NCBI GenBank assembly: GCA_036677065.1
Contig: JAKFBS010000003.1
Span: 352,001-416,000 of the forward strand
Reading direction: 5' to 3'
DNA: 64,000 nt
DNA from: Bdellovibrio sp.
Lineage (GTDB): Bacteria; Bdellovibrionota; Bdellovibrionia; Bdellovibrionales; Bdellovibrionaceae
Of this stretch, positions 40,402-50,001 are shown one piece after another; the first letter of the stretch is position 1, and each line of letters starts with the position of its first letter. The notes beneath the pieces are model-generated. The model ran no database searches. It saw only the letters and a list, made by a program, of their open reading frames with translations, and had not been told where the DNA came from. The translations under genes were made by a program, and so were the position numbers.

Positions 40402-41977
40402 TTGTACAATTAACGGTGTAGCTCTTCAGGTTAAAGCTGGATCTACAATCATCGAAGCTATGTACGAGAATCAGCAAAAGATTGCTCATTACTGCTGGCA
40501 TCCGGGTTTAAGTATCGCCGGTGTTTGCCGTTTATGTATGGTGCAGATCGAAGGAAATCCGCGTTTACAAATCGCATGTAACACAGTTGTGACTGAAGGC
40601 ATGAAAGTTAATAATACGTCTGACCAAGTTGTCGAGGCGGCAAAATGGGGATTAGATTTCCATTTAATTAACCATCCACTTGATTGTCCGATCTGTGACC
40701 AAGCTGGAGAGTGCGGTTTACAAGAACAGTACATGGAGTTTGGTAAATACAATTCTGAAATGTCTGAGAAAAAACAAAAGAAACACAAGGTTGTAGATCT
40801 TGGACCAACAGTGGTTCTGGATTCTGAGCGTTGTATTCTTTGTTCTCGTTGTGTGCGTTTCACTGATGAAGTTTCTAAAACTCACGAACTAGGAATTTTC
40901 AACCGTGGTGACCACGCTGAAATCGGGACTCACGCCGGTAAACCATTAGATAATAAATACTCTTTAAACACTGTAGATATTTGTCCGGTCGGAGCTTTAA
41001 CTTCTAAAGACTTCCGTTTCAGACAACGTGTATGGTTTTTAAAAGATGCTGAGACGGTTTGTAACGGCTGTTCGACAGGTTGTAACGTTAAAGTGTACTT
41101 CAATAAAGAAGGCGTTTTTCGCGTTAAACCTAAGCGTAACGATGCCATCAACGGTCACTGGATGTGTGATGAAGGTCGCGATGTTTACAAATTCGTAAAC
41201 AAAGAAAACCGTCAGATCAAAGGGCATAAATTGGCCAACGGCCAATGGCACTCTGAACTTCACGCGGGCGCAGCAGCAAAAGATGCAAGCTTAAGCCTAC
41301 AAGGTGCAACTGGTAACGACATTGCTTTAGTAGTTACAGGTCAACACACCGTTGAAGAACTTGATGCAATCGTTTCAACTTTTGTAAATACTTACAAAAC
41401 TAAAAATGTTTATCACTGGTGGAATTCTGAAGCTACAGCATCTGAATTTGACGGTATTCTTTTACGTGGCGATAAAAATCCAAACACAAAAGGTTTACAG
41501 CAAGTTTTTGCTAAGCATGGCATAGCAACTAAATTTTCTGATTTAGATCCAGCTAAAGTTAAACACTTAGTTGTAGTTGGTCCTGAGAATATTCCAGTTT
41601 ACAAAGATTTCACTGCTAAATTAGAGTTTTTTGCTAAAGCGCAAAACTTAATTTACATGACGTCGGCAAAAGTGGATTCATTAGTGGCTAATAAATCGTT
41701 AAAATCAGCGACAATTATCCCGCTTAAAACTTACATTGAAAAATCTGGAACATTTATCAACCATGCTGGTGTTTCGCAGACTTTCAAAAAAGTGACAACA
41801 GTTGTTTCTGAAGCTTTAACAGTTGTAGAAGCAGCGGCGCTACTAGCTGGCCAAGAAATCAAAATCGAAACTTTAAACCCTAAAAACTTATTTGTAGCAG
41901 CTAATAAACCAGCTGACCAAGTGACGTTAGATTTCCGTAAGAAAAATGAATTCATTTTTCAACGTGGAAAGTTGTAA
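40373..41977 (+). CDS. nuoG: NADH-quinone oxidoreductase subunit G (short form)
   Basis: CWHPGL...CRLC, NHPLDCPICDQAGEC, RCILCSRC, CNGCSTGC...MCDEGR. Confidence 0.92.
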   Translation: MHMQQQPLINCTINGVALQVKAGSTIIEAMYENQQKIAHYCWHPGLSIAGVCRLCMVQIEGNPRLQIACNTVVTEGMKVNNTSDQVVEAAKWGLDFHLINHPLDCPICDQAGECGLQEQYMEFGKYNSEMSEKKQKKHKVVDLGPTVVLDSERCILCSRCVRFTDEVSKTHELGIFNRGDHAEIGTHAGKPLDNKYSLNTVDICPVGALTSKDFRFRQRVWFLKDAETVCNGCSTGCNVKVYFNKEGVFRVKPKRNDAINGHWMCDEGRDVYKFVNKENRQIKGHKLANGQWHSELHAGAAAKDASLSLQGATGNDIALVVTGQHTVEELDAIVSTFVNTYKTKNVYHWWNSEATASEFDGILLRGDKNPNTKGLQQVFAKHGIATKFSDLDPAKVKHLVVVGPENIPVYKDFTAKLEFFAKAQNLIYMTSAKVDSLVANKSLKSATIIPLKTYIEKSGTFINHAGVSQTFKKVTTVVSEALTVVEAAALLAGQEIKIETLNPKNLFVAANKPADQVTLDFRKKNEFIFQRGKL

Positions 41978-41987
41978 GAGGTAATAT

Positions 41988-42512
41988 ATGGCTGTAATGC
42001 AAAACACTTCTGAAAAATCAAAATGGTACTTACCCGGGATTTTAACCGGCATGGGTATTACCATGAGACATATGTTAAAAAATATTTTTAACAAAAAAGA
42101 AATGATCACTTTAAATTACCCAGAAGAGAAGTATGAATATTCTCCAAGATTTAAAGGTAATCATATCTTAACAGTTAAAAAAGACGGTGCGATTCGTTGT
42201 ACCGCTTGTATGTTATGTGCGACAAACTGCCCAGCAGATTGTATCAAAATCACAGCCAGCGAACATCCAGATCCACATGTTGAAAAATACCCAATTGCGT
42301 ATGAAATCGATATGCTACGTTGTGTATTCTGCGGTTTCTGTGAAGAAGCGTGTCCGGTGGATGCGATTCGTTTAGGGCCTGAGTGGCAAACACCTGGCTT
42401 AAACGGAGCAAACTTTACATACGACATCAAACACTTAGCTTACCGCCCAGGTCTTAAAGGTGGAATTCAATCTGTAGTAGATGATCAAGAGCGTTTAAAA
42501 TCAGGTATTTAG
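41988..42512 (+). CDS. nuoI: NADH-quinone oxidoreductase subunit I
   Basis: YPEE, CTACMLCATNCP, CVFCGFCEEACP. Confidence 0.95.
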   Translation: MAVMQNTSEKSKWYLPGILTGMGITMRHMLKNIFNKKEMITLNYPEEKYEYSPRFKGNHILTVKKDGAIRCTACMLCATNCPADCIKITASEHPDPHVEKYPIAYEIDMLRCVFCGFCEEACPVDAIRLGPEWQTPGLNGANFTYDIKHLAYRPGLKGGIQSVVDDQERLKSGI

Positions 42513-42569
42513 TTGATTGGCGCGCCTGCGGCGACGACTTATACAGCTGAAAATTAGAATCAGGGAATT

Positions 42570-42601
42570 AAAAAGGAGAAGTGAAAACTTCTCCTTTTTT
42601 T
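42570..42601. terminator. Bidirectional intrinsic terminator
   Basis: AAAAAGGAGAAGT-GAAA-ACTTCTCCTTTTT between convergent genes. Confidence 0.9.
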
Positions 42602-42603
42602 AT

Positions 42604-43215
42604 TTAGATATCGATACCTAAGAAAAATTTAATATATGTTCCGCTTAAGTCGATATCTTTGGTGGTGCTGTTCACTGAATTAGTAGCGCCACTCCACTTA
42701 GTATTCATAATTCCAGTTTCAGCTCCAACGATTAATGGAATAATAATTAAAGGTTTCACTTCTAGTTCAAGTCCTAAAGAGTATGACTTTAAACTTCCGC
42801 CAGAGTAATCCACAACGTTTGAGCCTGATTGAGCTACGCGAATGTTGGCACTGTGATCAACACCATACGAACCGATTAAGCCAAAATGAATGATCGTGTC
42901 GATAAAGCGATAATTAATTAAAGCGGCAGTTCTGTTTAAGCTGGCTTCGCCTTCGACTCCATTTTTATTTACATCTAATCCTAGTTTTTCAGTGCGAATA
43001 CCAAAACCAATTGGAACTAACGGAAGTTTTACAATCACATCAGCACCTAAGCCATAAAGAGGAACCATATCGGGTGCAACACCTTCGCATGAAGTGCCGG
43101 CGCAAACATCTTTAAGCGCATCTTTGGCGACTACTCCTGTATATGTAGCGCGAGCCGTAAATAAAGCCCATGAGCTCATGGGAAAAAGTAATACTAACAA
43201 CAATAGTTTTTTCAT
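42604..43215 (-). CDS. Outer-membrane beta-barrel protein
   Basis: Start at ATG 43215 (MKKLLLLVLLFPMSSWA signal peptide); C-terminal YIKFFLGIDI strand. Confidence 0.75.
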   Translation of the reverse strand: MKKLLLLVLLFPMSSWALFTARATYTGVVAKDALKDVCAGTSCEGVAPDMVPLYGLGADVIVKLPLVPIGFGIRTEKLGLDVNKNGVEGEASLNRTAALINYRFIDTIIHFGLIGSYGVDHSANIRVAQSGSNVVDYSGGSLKSYSLGLELEVKPLIIIPLIVGAETGIMNTKWSGATNSVNSTTKDIDLSGTYIKFFLGIDI

Positions 43216-43368
43216 ATGCAAATGTCCTTTGCGTGTCTTCGACACGACTTCAAAATACCATTATGTCTTAGACAGATGGTCTTGAGAATTGGACAAATGT
43301 CAGTGGTCTAGTCTAAATATCAGCTAAATCGCTTTGTTATTTGTGCAATTTCAGTTTGAAATAAGAGT

Positions 43369-44343
43369 ATGAACTACCTTTACGCTGAAAATTACCAAGC
43401 ACTCAATGAACAGTTGTCAGAAGCTGTTTCTGAAAAGTTTGGCCAGCCGTTAAAGGTGCGTGCTTTTGAAAATGTGATGTTAGCCGGCTATGATTTGTGT
43501 TTTGGTTTATTACAGTTTTTATCACATCGCCCCAAAGTAGGATCAATTCGTTCCGGCTCGAGTTTGCAAGAGTGTTTATTGCCGCATTTTTACCGTTTAC
43601 AAACACCGCTACTTTTTAAAAAAGAAAATGAAAATGTAGCGCAGTATATTTCGCAATTTGATCATGAAGTAAATTTTGTATTATGGTCTTCAGAAAACGA
43701 AATCACTGGCGAGAAAATTTTAAACCTTGAGCAACGCCAAGAACTCCATAAATTATTAGCAGCTAAAAGAATTTTTTCTATTGAAGTTAAGTCTAAATTT
43801 ACTGTTGAAGATGCTGATATTATAAAGCAGTTTGGCTATTCAGTACTTATCGAATCGGGTTCCGCCTTCAAAGACGAAAAATGTCTTGTTTATCATGGCG
43901 AAAAGTTGAAAACGCCGACCTTGATTGGTCATTATCAGAATAATTTAGACACGGTGAAAAACTACCTTTCAAACGCCGCGACTGAAGTATTAATCAACAC
44001 AGCGCTCCTGAAAAAGATCGATGACTTCGTGTTAAATTATTTTAACCGCTTTGCTATGAAACCAGCAACTTTACAGGATCGCTTAGTGATCTGTTCGAAA
44101 ACAGTAGCGGGATCAGCTCTTAAAGCTGAATTGAATTTAACAGCAGATCAGGCTTTCGCTCCAAGTGAACTTCCTAGTTGGGTTATTGAGGCCATTCCGG
44201 CCTGGTGGGCCGAGGCGAAAAACGTGGATTTGATGATGGGACTATTAATTATTGATCTCAATGCAGTGAGTGAGAATACCTTACAAAAAATCTCTGAAAT
44301 CCACGATAAACTAACTAAAGAATCGACTTGGTCTATTTCTTGA
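43369..44343 (+). CDS. Hypothetical protein, possibly degenerate class-V aminotransferase/cysteine desulfurase fold
   Basis: 324 aa. FVLWSSENEITGE resembles the IscS NNE(T/I)G segment; no PLP-Lys motif visible. Confidence 0.6.
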   Translation: MNYLYAENYQALNEQLSEAVSEKFGQPLKVRAFENVMLAGYDLCFGLLQFLSHRPKVGSIRSGSSLQECLLPHFYRLQTPLLFKKENENVAQYISQFDHEVNFVLWSSENEITGEKILNLEQRQELHKLLAAKRIFSIEVKSKFTVEDADIIKQFGYSVLIESGSAFKDEKCLVYHGEKLKTPTLIGHYQNNLDTVKNYLSNAATEVLINTALLKKIDDFVLNYFNRFAMKPATLQDRLVICSKTVAGSALKAELNLTADQAFAPSELPSWVIEAIPAWWAEAKNVDLMMGLLIIDLNAVSENTLQKISEIHDKLTKESTWSIS

Positions 44344-44367
44344 CACCTTTGGCCAAGGCCATAATAT
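44340..44367 (+). promoter_or_regulatory. Sigma70-type promoter, leaderless configuration
   Basis: TTGACA-N16-TAATAT, then 6 nt to GTG 44374. Confidence 0.65.
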
Positions 44368-44373
44368 TACAGG

Positions 44374-44739
44374 GTGAACGAAACAAGTGTACTTATTGTC
44401 GATGACGACAAAGACATTCAAGCCGCTATTAAAATGATCCTTGAGTTGCATGGTTACGTTGTTAATTGTGTCTCGAATGGTAAAGAGGCCTTAGAGGTTT
44501 TAACTCGCGGCCCAGCCCCATCAGTTATTTTGTTAGATCTAATGATGCCAGTGATGGATGGCTTCGAATTTATGAAAATGATGGAAGGTGGCCACATTAA
44601 CCCTAAGGTTCCGATCATTGTTATGACTGCTGCCCGCAATAAGGCTCATGAAATAAAAAATTATACAACGCTACTAAAGCCATTCGATGTTACTAAACTG
44701 TTATCGATTCTTGGAGAACAATATCAAACAACTGTCTAG
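44374..44739 (+). CDS. Single-domain response regulator
   Basis: LIVDDD, ILLDLMMPVMDG, MTA, KPF. Confidence 0.93.
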   Translation: MNETSVLIVDDDKDIQAAIKMILELHGYVVNCVSNGKEALEVLTRGPAPSVILLDLMMPVMDGFEFMKMMEGGHINPKVPIIVMTAARNKAHEIKNYTTLLKPFDVTKLLSILGEQYQTTV

Positions 44740-46423
44740 AAGCCGTTTGCAGCGGGTTTTTACATTTCACAATTTATTGATTGTGGTGAGTTTTGCTCTG
44801 GCGATCATTTCGTTTGCACTGATGCAAAAGTACATCGAAGAAAAAAATCACTCCAAGATTGAGTTTCGCGCAAAGACCGTAGAATCACTTTTAGAAAAAT
44901 CATTTAATCAAAATTTAGAAGTCATTTACTCGATTCAAAATTTATTCTTCACACGCAAAGATGTTTCGCGCCAACAGTTTAAAGATTTCGTATCGAATTC
45001 ACTGCTACGTCACCCTGGTCTTCAGGCCATCGAACATATGATTCGTGTTACAGGTGCAGAACGGGCAAAGTATGAATCTCAGTTAAAAGCTGAAGGTTTC
45101 TTAAACTTTGTGATTAAAGAGTTGGGCCCTGATGGAAAATTAAAACCAGCAGCAAAACGCGATCATTATTATGTGCTTAATTTTGTTGAGCCTCTACAAG
45201 AAAACATCGCAGCGCTTGGCTACGATGTCAGTTTTACGCCAGAAGCCAATGAAGCCTTGATGATAGCTGAAACTAATGGCCTTGGTGTTTCACCTTGGTT
45301 AACTCTGGCTCAGGGAGAGCTTGGTTTTGTAGTTTACCTAAGTATTCAAAAAACGAGTGGCTTTGCCGCCGGTGTTTTTCGGTTAAAAAAATTCATTGAA
45401 GCAGCAATTGTTTCGTCACAAGCCGACGGGGTGGATTTTATCGTCGAAGAAGTTACCAAAGATGCTGCCCACTTAAAAGCGCTTCGCTATGACTCGCAAG
45501 CAGCTAAATTAGTTAGCTTTACAGAAATCGAAGATGATGTTGATGAGGAATTGATTTTTAGCACATTGTTGACGATAGGGCAGCGTACTTGGCGGTTTAC
45601 GCATTTTCCGTCAAGCCAGTATAAATCAGCGATCCATTTAGGAATTCCATATGTAGCAGCTTTCATCGTATTGTTATTGATGCTAGCGGTAACGTTTTTT
45701 CTACATGAACGAGATGGGCGTGTAACTGCCGAAATAGCGACAAAGGTGCGTGAAGAATTTATGACGGTCGCTTCGCATGAACTACGCACGCCACTGACGC
45801 CTCTTAAAATGGAAATCTTTTTGGTGAAAGAGCTGATACAAACAGGGCAGGCCAGCCAAGAAAAAATTTTAAGCCTTCTGGATAATGCGAATAAACATTT
45901 AAATCACATTGTGGCTCTGATTGATGATCTATTAGATGTGGGCCGCATCGGCGAAGAGCATTACCAGTATAATCTTTCGCAATTTAAGCTGGATCTTCTG
46001 ATTCGTGGCACGGTAGAAAAATTTGAGCCAGTCTTTAAAGCTAACAATTGCTCGGTTCAAATGACTTTGCAGCCTGAAGTTGAAGTTTATTGGGATGCCC
46101 AGCGCATCGAGCAAGTGATTACGAATGTCTTAAGTAATTCAGTGAAATTTTCGACCCAGGCAATTATCGAAATCAATTTACGTGTTGAGGGCGATTCGGC
46201 CATCTTCAGTATTAAAGATAATGGTATCGGTATTTCAGAAGAGTTTCAGAAAAAAATGTTTAATAAATTTGAACGTGGAGTTTCTAGTCAAAGTTATGGT
46301 GGTTTGGGTTTGGGGTTATACATCGTTCATCAAATTATTAAATCCCATAACGGATCTGTTCGCGTGAAAAGTAGTCCTGGACAAGGAACAGAGTTTATTT
46401 TTCAGGTTCCACGCAATGTCTGA
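44687..46423 (+). CDS. CHASE-domain sensor histidine kinase (start uncertain, possibly TTG 44747)
   Basis: TM-CHASE-like domain (FVEPLQENIAALGYD)-TM; H-box SHELRTPLT, NVLSNSVKF, DNGIGI, GLGLGL. Confidence 0.9.
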   Translation: MLLNCYRFLENNIKQLSRSRLQRVFTFHNLLIVVSFALAIISFALMQKYIEEKNHSKIEFRAKTVESLLEKSFNQNLEVIYSIQNLFFTRKDVSRQQFKDFVSNSLLRHPGLQAIEHMIRVTGAERAKYESQLKAEGFLNFVIKELGPDGKLKPAAKRDHYYVLNFVEPLQENIAALGYDVSFTPEANEALMIAETNGLGVSPWLTLAQGELGFVVYLSIQKTSGFAAGVFRLKKFIEAAIVSSQADGVDFIVEEVTKDAAHLKALRYDSQAAKLVSFTEIEDDVDEELIFSTLLTIGQRTWRFTHFPSSQYKSAIHLGIPYVAAFIVLLLMLAVTFFLHERDGRVTAEIATKVREEFMTVASHELRTPLTPLKMEIFLVKELIQTGQASQEKILSLLDNANKHLNHIVALIDDLLDVGRIGEEHYQYNLSQFKLDLLIRGTVEKFEPVFKANNCSVQMTLQPEVEVYWDAQRIEQVITNVLSNSVKFSTQAIIEINLRVEGDSAIFSIKDNGIGISEEFQKKMFNKFERGVSSQSYGGLGLGLYIVHQIIKSHNGSVRVKSSPGQGTEFIFQVPRNV

Positions 46424-47030
46424 GTTGCAAAATAAGTTTATTATCTTACGTAAAATGAAATACGGTGAGGCAGACTTAATTATTCACGCCTTATCTATAG
46501 CGGGCGCGAAAAAATCTTTTATTGCACGTTCTGCTTTAAAAAGTAAAAAGCGTTTCGGTGGTGGTGTGTTAGAACCCACACACTTTGTGTTGCTTACGTA
46601 TAAAGAAAAAAAATCTGATGATCAGCTCAATGTTTTAAATGAAGCTGTACTGATCGATGATTTTAAAGATATTCGTGCAGATTATGATAAATTAGAGTTC
46701 GGTCTATTTATGTTAAATTGTGCATATCACGTTTCACAAGAAGGTGATTTTGATTCACACTTCTTATTTAACCTTGTTGGGCACTCACTACGCCAATTGG
46801 GTAAAACCACAAACCTTCAAAGATTTAAGTTACATTTCTGTCTTAAATTTCTATTTCAACAGGGCGTAATTTCAGTCGAAGACTGGATGTCTCCGTTTTT
46901 AAAGATCAATATGTCTGAATCAGAACAATTAGATCAGGTTTCTGATATGGCTGAAATCATCGATAACTATACTGATTCAATCGAATCGCAAGTGCTTCAT
47001 TATATTAAAAATGCAGATACCGGGTTTTAG
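46416..47030 (+). CDS. recO: DNA repair protein RecO
   Basis: ILRKMKYGEADLII...ARSALKSKKRFGGGVLEP N-terminal OB signature. Confidence 0.88.
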   Translation: MSELQNKFIILRKMKYGEADLIIHALSIAGAKKSFIARSALKSKKRFGGGVLEPTHFVLLTYKEKKSDDQLNVLNEAVLIDDFKDIRADYDKLEFGLFMLNCAYHVSQEGDFDSHFLFNLVGHSLRQLGKTTNLQRFKLHFCLKFLFQQGVISVEDWMSPFLKINMSESEQLDQVSDMAEIIDNYTDSIESQVLHYIKNADTGF

Positions 47031-47632
47031 TTCTGCGTTGAAACTTTTTTAGATTTGCTATTCGAACGCGTGCCGCTTTTTACCGGCGCTGCTGCTGCGG
47101 GAGCAGAACTGCTACTGCCGCCGTTTTTCATCGACTTAGCCGGTGATGCATTTATTTTTTTCATGATAGCTAATGCATCACATTTTTCTTCGATCAGATC
47201 TTCATCTTTATAAAAAATAGATGGGTTAATCACTAAAGGATCGATATGAGAAACTCTTTGGTGAGGTAATGTTCCTGCTTTCGTTGCATAACAACGGTAA
47301 GCAAAGCGCATGTCAATGCCGCCATCTTCTACGTAATCAATTAATTCAAAGCGATAGAAATTACAGCGATCGTCGACTTGTTTCAGTTTTGCCCCGATAG
47401 CTTTACTGTAATTTACAAAATCTTTATTTCTTTCTCGGGAAAGTTTAAGCATTTGCGTCGCTACACGATTGGTACATTCTGCTTTATTTTTTTGAACATA
47501 AGCATCCAATGATAGCGGACTTCCTTTATATTGGGTGTTTTCTAATTTATGAGCCACTGGGTAAAGTATTTGCTGCGAATAAGCCAAACTTGAAGTAACT
47601 GAAATTAGTATTAAAACGACTGCTTTTTTCAT
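47027..47632 (-). CDS. Secreted hypothetical protein
   Basis: Signal peptide; four Cys; low-complexity basic tail. Confidence 0.72.
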   Translation of the reverse strand: MKKAVVLILISVTSSLAYSQQILYPVAHKLENTQYKGSPLSLDAYVQKNKAECTNRVATQMLKLSRERNKDFVNYSKAIGAKLKQVDDRCNFYRFELIDYVEDGGIDMRFAYRCYATKAGTLPHQRVSHIDPLVINPSIFYKDEDLIEEKCDALAIMKKINASPAKSMKNGGSSSSAPAAAAPVKSGTRSNSKSKKVSTQN

Positions 47633-47716
47633 ACTTTTATTTTACAAAGTAATTGTGATCTGCGCGCAATAAAATATCAGTTTCACAGACAAACAGGTAA
47701 TAAGGCTAGTGGGTTG

Positions 47717-48652
47717 TTAATCGATTTTCTTTTTTGAAAGCGGATGTTTAACTTCAACGATTCTAGCAAGCGTATCAATATTAAGATGTGTGTACTTTTC
47801 AGTGGCCGTTAGACTGTCGTGACCAAGCATAGATTGTAGAGTCCTAAGATTAGTACCACTGGCCAACATATGCGTCGCAAAGCTATGACGTAATGAATGC
47901 GGATGCAGAGGATTCATCAGACCCACCTGTCTTCCGAGAGTTCGAATCAGTTCATAACCTTTGCGTGTCGACAGAGGCTCTTCACCAAATACAAATTCCA
48001 TATTTTTATGACGTGCATGAAAGGCACTAAGAACATCATTGCAGGTCTCAGGAATGATAATTAAACGCTCTTTATTGCCTTTTCCGACGACCAGAATTTT
48101 TCGCTGATCAAGTTGAACGTTCTTCCAGCGAAGATTGCAGGCTTCGCTGATACGCATTCCGCCGCCGTATAATAAATTAAATAAGGCTTTTTGAATCTGT
48201 GCATCTTCGTCAGTAGAAGTATTTAAAAATTGAAGCACGCTAATCACTTCGTCGACTGAAATAAAATGCGGAATTTTCTTCGGAACCTTAGGGCAAACCA
48301 ACTGGTCAGCGTAGTTCTTATCGATCAATCTTTCATTGTAGAGCCAATTGAAAAAGCTCTTTAGCGTAGCGATCTTACGGTTACGGGAAGCGGGTGAAAG
48401 TTTACCCCATTGGCTTAAAGAATCACGGCAAGTTAGCCAAAGATCTTCGCCATTATTAAAGCTCAAGGCCTTAACATCGGCTAAATTAATCAAATTATTG
48501 TTTTTACGGGTGTGTCTTTTGGGGGTGGCCGATTGAAAGAATGCTTGGTTCAAATCAAGGGTATAAGCCTTAATCGTTAAAGGTGAGCAAGATTCAATAT
48601 TTTCTAAGTATTTCAAGAAGTTATGAATCTGTTTGGTCAGTAAATAAGCCAT
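47717..48652 (-). CDS. XerC/XerD-family tyrosine recombinase
   Basis: SAM-like N-terminus (SPLTIKAY, SRNRKIATLKSFF); catalytic R (GMRISE), K (GKGNKER), HSLRH, LGH, Y (KYTH). Confidence 0.92.
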   Translation of the reverse strand: MAYLLTKQIHNFLKYLENIESCSPLTIKAYTLDLNQAFFQSATPKRHTRKNNNLINLADVKALSFNNGEDLWLTCRDSLSQWGKLSPASRNRKIATLKSFFNWLYNERLIDKNYADQLVCPKVPKKIPHFISVDEVISVLQFLNTSTDEDAQIQKALFNLLYGGGMRISEACNLRWKNVQLDQRKILVVGKGNKERLIIIPETCNDVLSAFHARHKNMEFVFGEEPLSTRKGYELIRTLGRQVGLMNPLHPHSLRHSFATHMLASGTNLRTLQSMLGHDSLTATEKYTHLNIDTLARIVEVKHPLSKKKID

Positions 48653-48841
48653 TAGATTGATTATATATTAGCCAATCGCAATTGAGGGGTCCTAAAATTA
48701 TTTTAACACGATGCAATATTTTCCTTGCAATTATTACTCGACCTTGGTTATATTACGGGCATAACACGGTGTATCAAAATGAGCTAATCATAATGAGACA
48801 CCAACTCTTGGACGTTAAACAGTACGTGAAAGGTAGGCCCC

Positions 48842-49906
48842 ATGTCTTCTAATGACTCTAGCGCAACTACAGTATTACCGAGCTCGCAAAACCAACCGCA
48901 AATGGGTTGGACTGGTAACCAAACTCAAAAAGTTATCGAAACTAGATCAATCATCTATAAATCAGATGTTATGGGTCAGATGATGAAAATGATCGAAAGA
49001 GTTGCTCCTTCACAAGCCAACATCCTGGTTCTTGGAGAATCTGGAACAGGTAAAGAACTTATCGCTCGTGCAGTTCATGAAAAATCAAATCGCAAAAACA
49101 AACCTTTCGTTGCGATCAACTGCGGTGCTTTACGTGAAACACTTTTAGAATCAGAATTATTCGGCCACGAAAAAGGATCTTTCACTGGCGCATACAATAA
49201 AAAAATCGGTTTAGCAGAAGCTGCTAACGGTGGAACATTATTCTTAGATGAAATCGGTGAATTACCTCTTTCTATCCAAGCTAAACTTTTACGTTTTATC
49301 CAAGAGGGCGAAATCTTCCGCGTTGGTGGTAAAGAGTCTATTAAAGTTGATATTCGTTTAATCTGTGCAACTAACCGTGAATTAGACCAAGAAGTTGTAC
49401 GTGGAAACTTCCGTGAAGATTTATTCTATCGTATTAACACGATCGTTGTAGCGGCTCCGCCATTACGTCGTCGTAAAGAAGATATTCCAGTTCTTATTCA
49501 GTATTTCTTATCGCAAGGTCACTCGTACTTAAACCGTGGTAAAACGATTGATGAAGAGGCTTTAAAATTATTAGTTAAATATGAATGGCCAGGAAACATC
49601 CGTGAATTACAAAACGTTTGTGAACGTTTACAAATTCTATCTGAAGGCCACATGATTATGATCAACGATCTTCCTGATTTCGTTCGTAATCCTGAAACTA
49701 AAGAAGAAGGCATGGATTTCGATCCGACTATGCCATTATATGAATTAGAAAAACGTTATATCATTAAAGCCCTTGCTCACTATGGTGGAAACAAAACTCA
49801 GGCAGCACAAGGTTTAGGTATCACGATTAAGACTCTTTACAACAAACTTCATGAGTACGGTGAGTTCGAAAAATACGCTGTTCACACGAAGCCAGCTAAG
49901 GACTAA
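48842..49906 (+). CDS. Sigma54-dependent enhancer-binding protein lacking an N-terminal regulatory domain
   Basis: GESGTGKE, GSFTGA, FLDEIGE, WPGNIRELQN, Fis-type HTH. Only ~35 aa precede the AAA+ core. Confidence 0.93.
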   Translation: MSSNDSSATTVLPSSQNQPQMGWTGNQTQKVIETRSIIYKSDVMGQMMKMIERVAPSQANILVLGESGTGKELIARAVHEKSNRKNKPFVAINCGALRETLLESELFGHEKGSFTGAYNKKIGLAEAANGGTLFLDEIGELPLSIQAKLLRFIQEGEIFRVGGKESIKVDIRLICATNRELDQEVVRGNFREDLFYRINTIVVAAPPLRRRKEDIPVLIQYFLSQGHSYLNRGKTIDEEALKLLVKYEWPGNIRELQNVCERLQILSEGHMIMINDLPDFVRNPETKEEGMDFDPTMPLYELEKRYIIKALAHYGGNKTQAAQGLGITIKTLYNKLHEYGEFEKYAVHTKPAKD

Positions 49907-50001
49907 ATTATAGTTGATCACTCCGAATGTAGCACGTAGATCAGACCGGAGATTAAAACGAACTTGAATATAGAAACGTTGGCAGATCAAGTTCGTTCGT
50001 T

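Noticed and set aside
47717..48652. Tyrosine recombinase as a prophage or island integrase
   Set aside because: Size and motifs fit housekeeping XerC/D. No adjacent tRNA, att repeats or phage genes, and no dif-like site was recognised.
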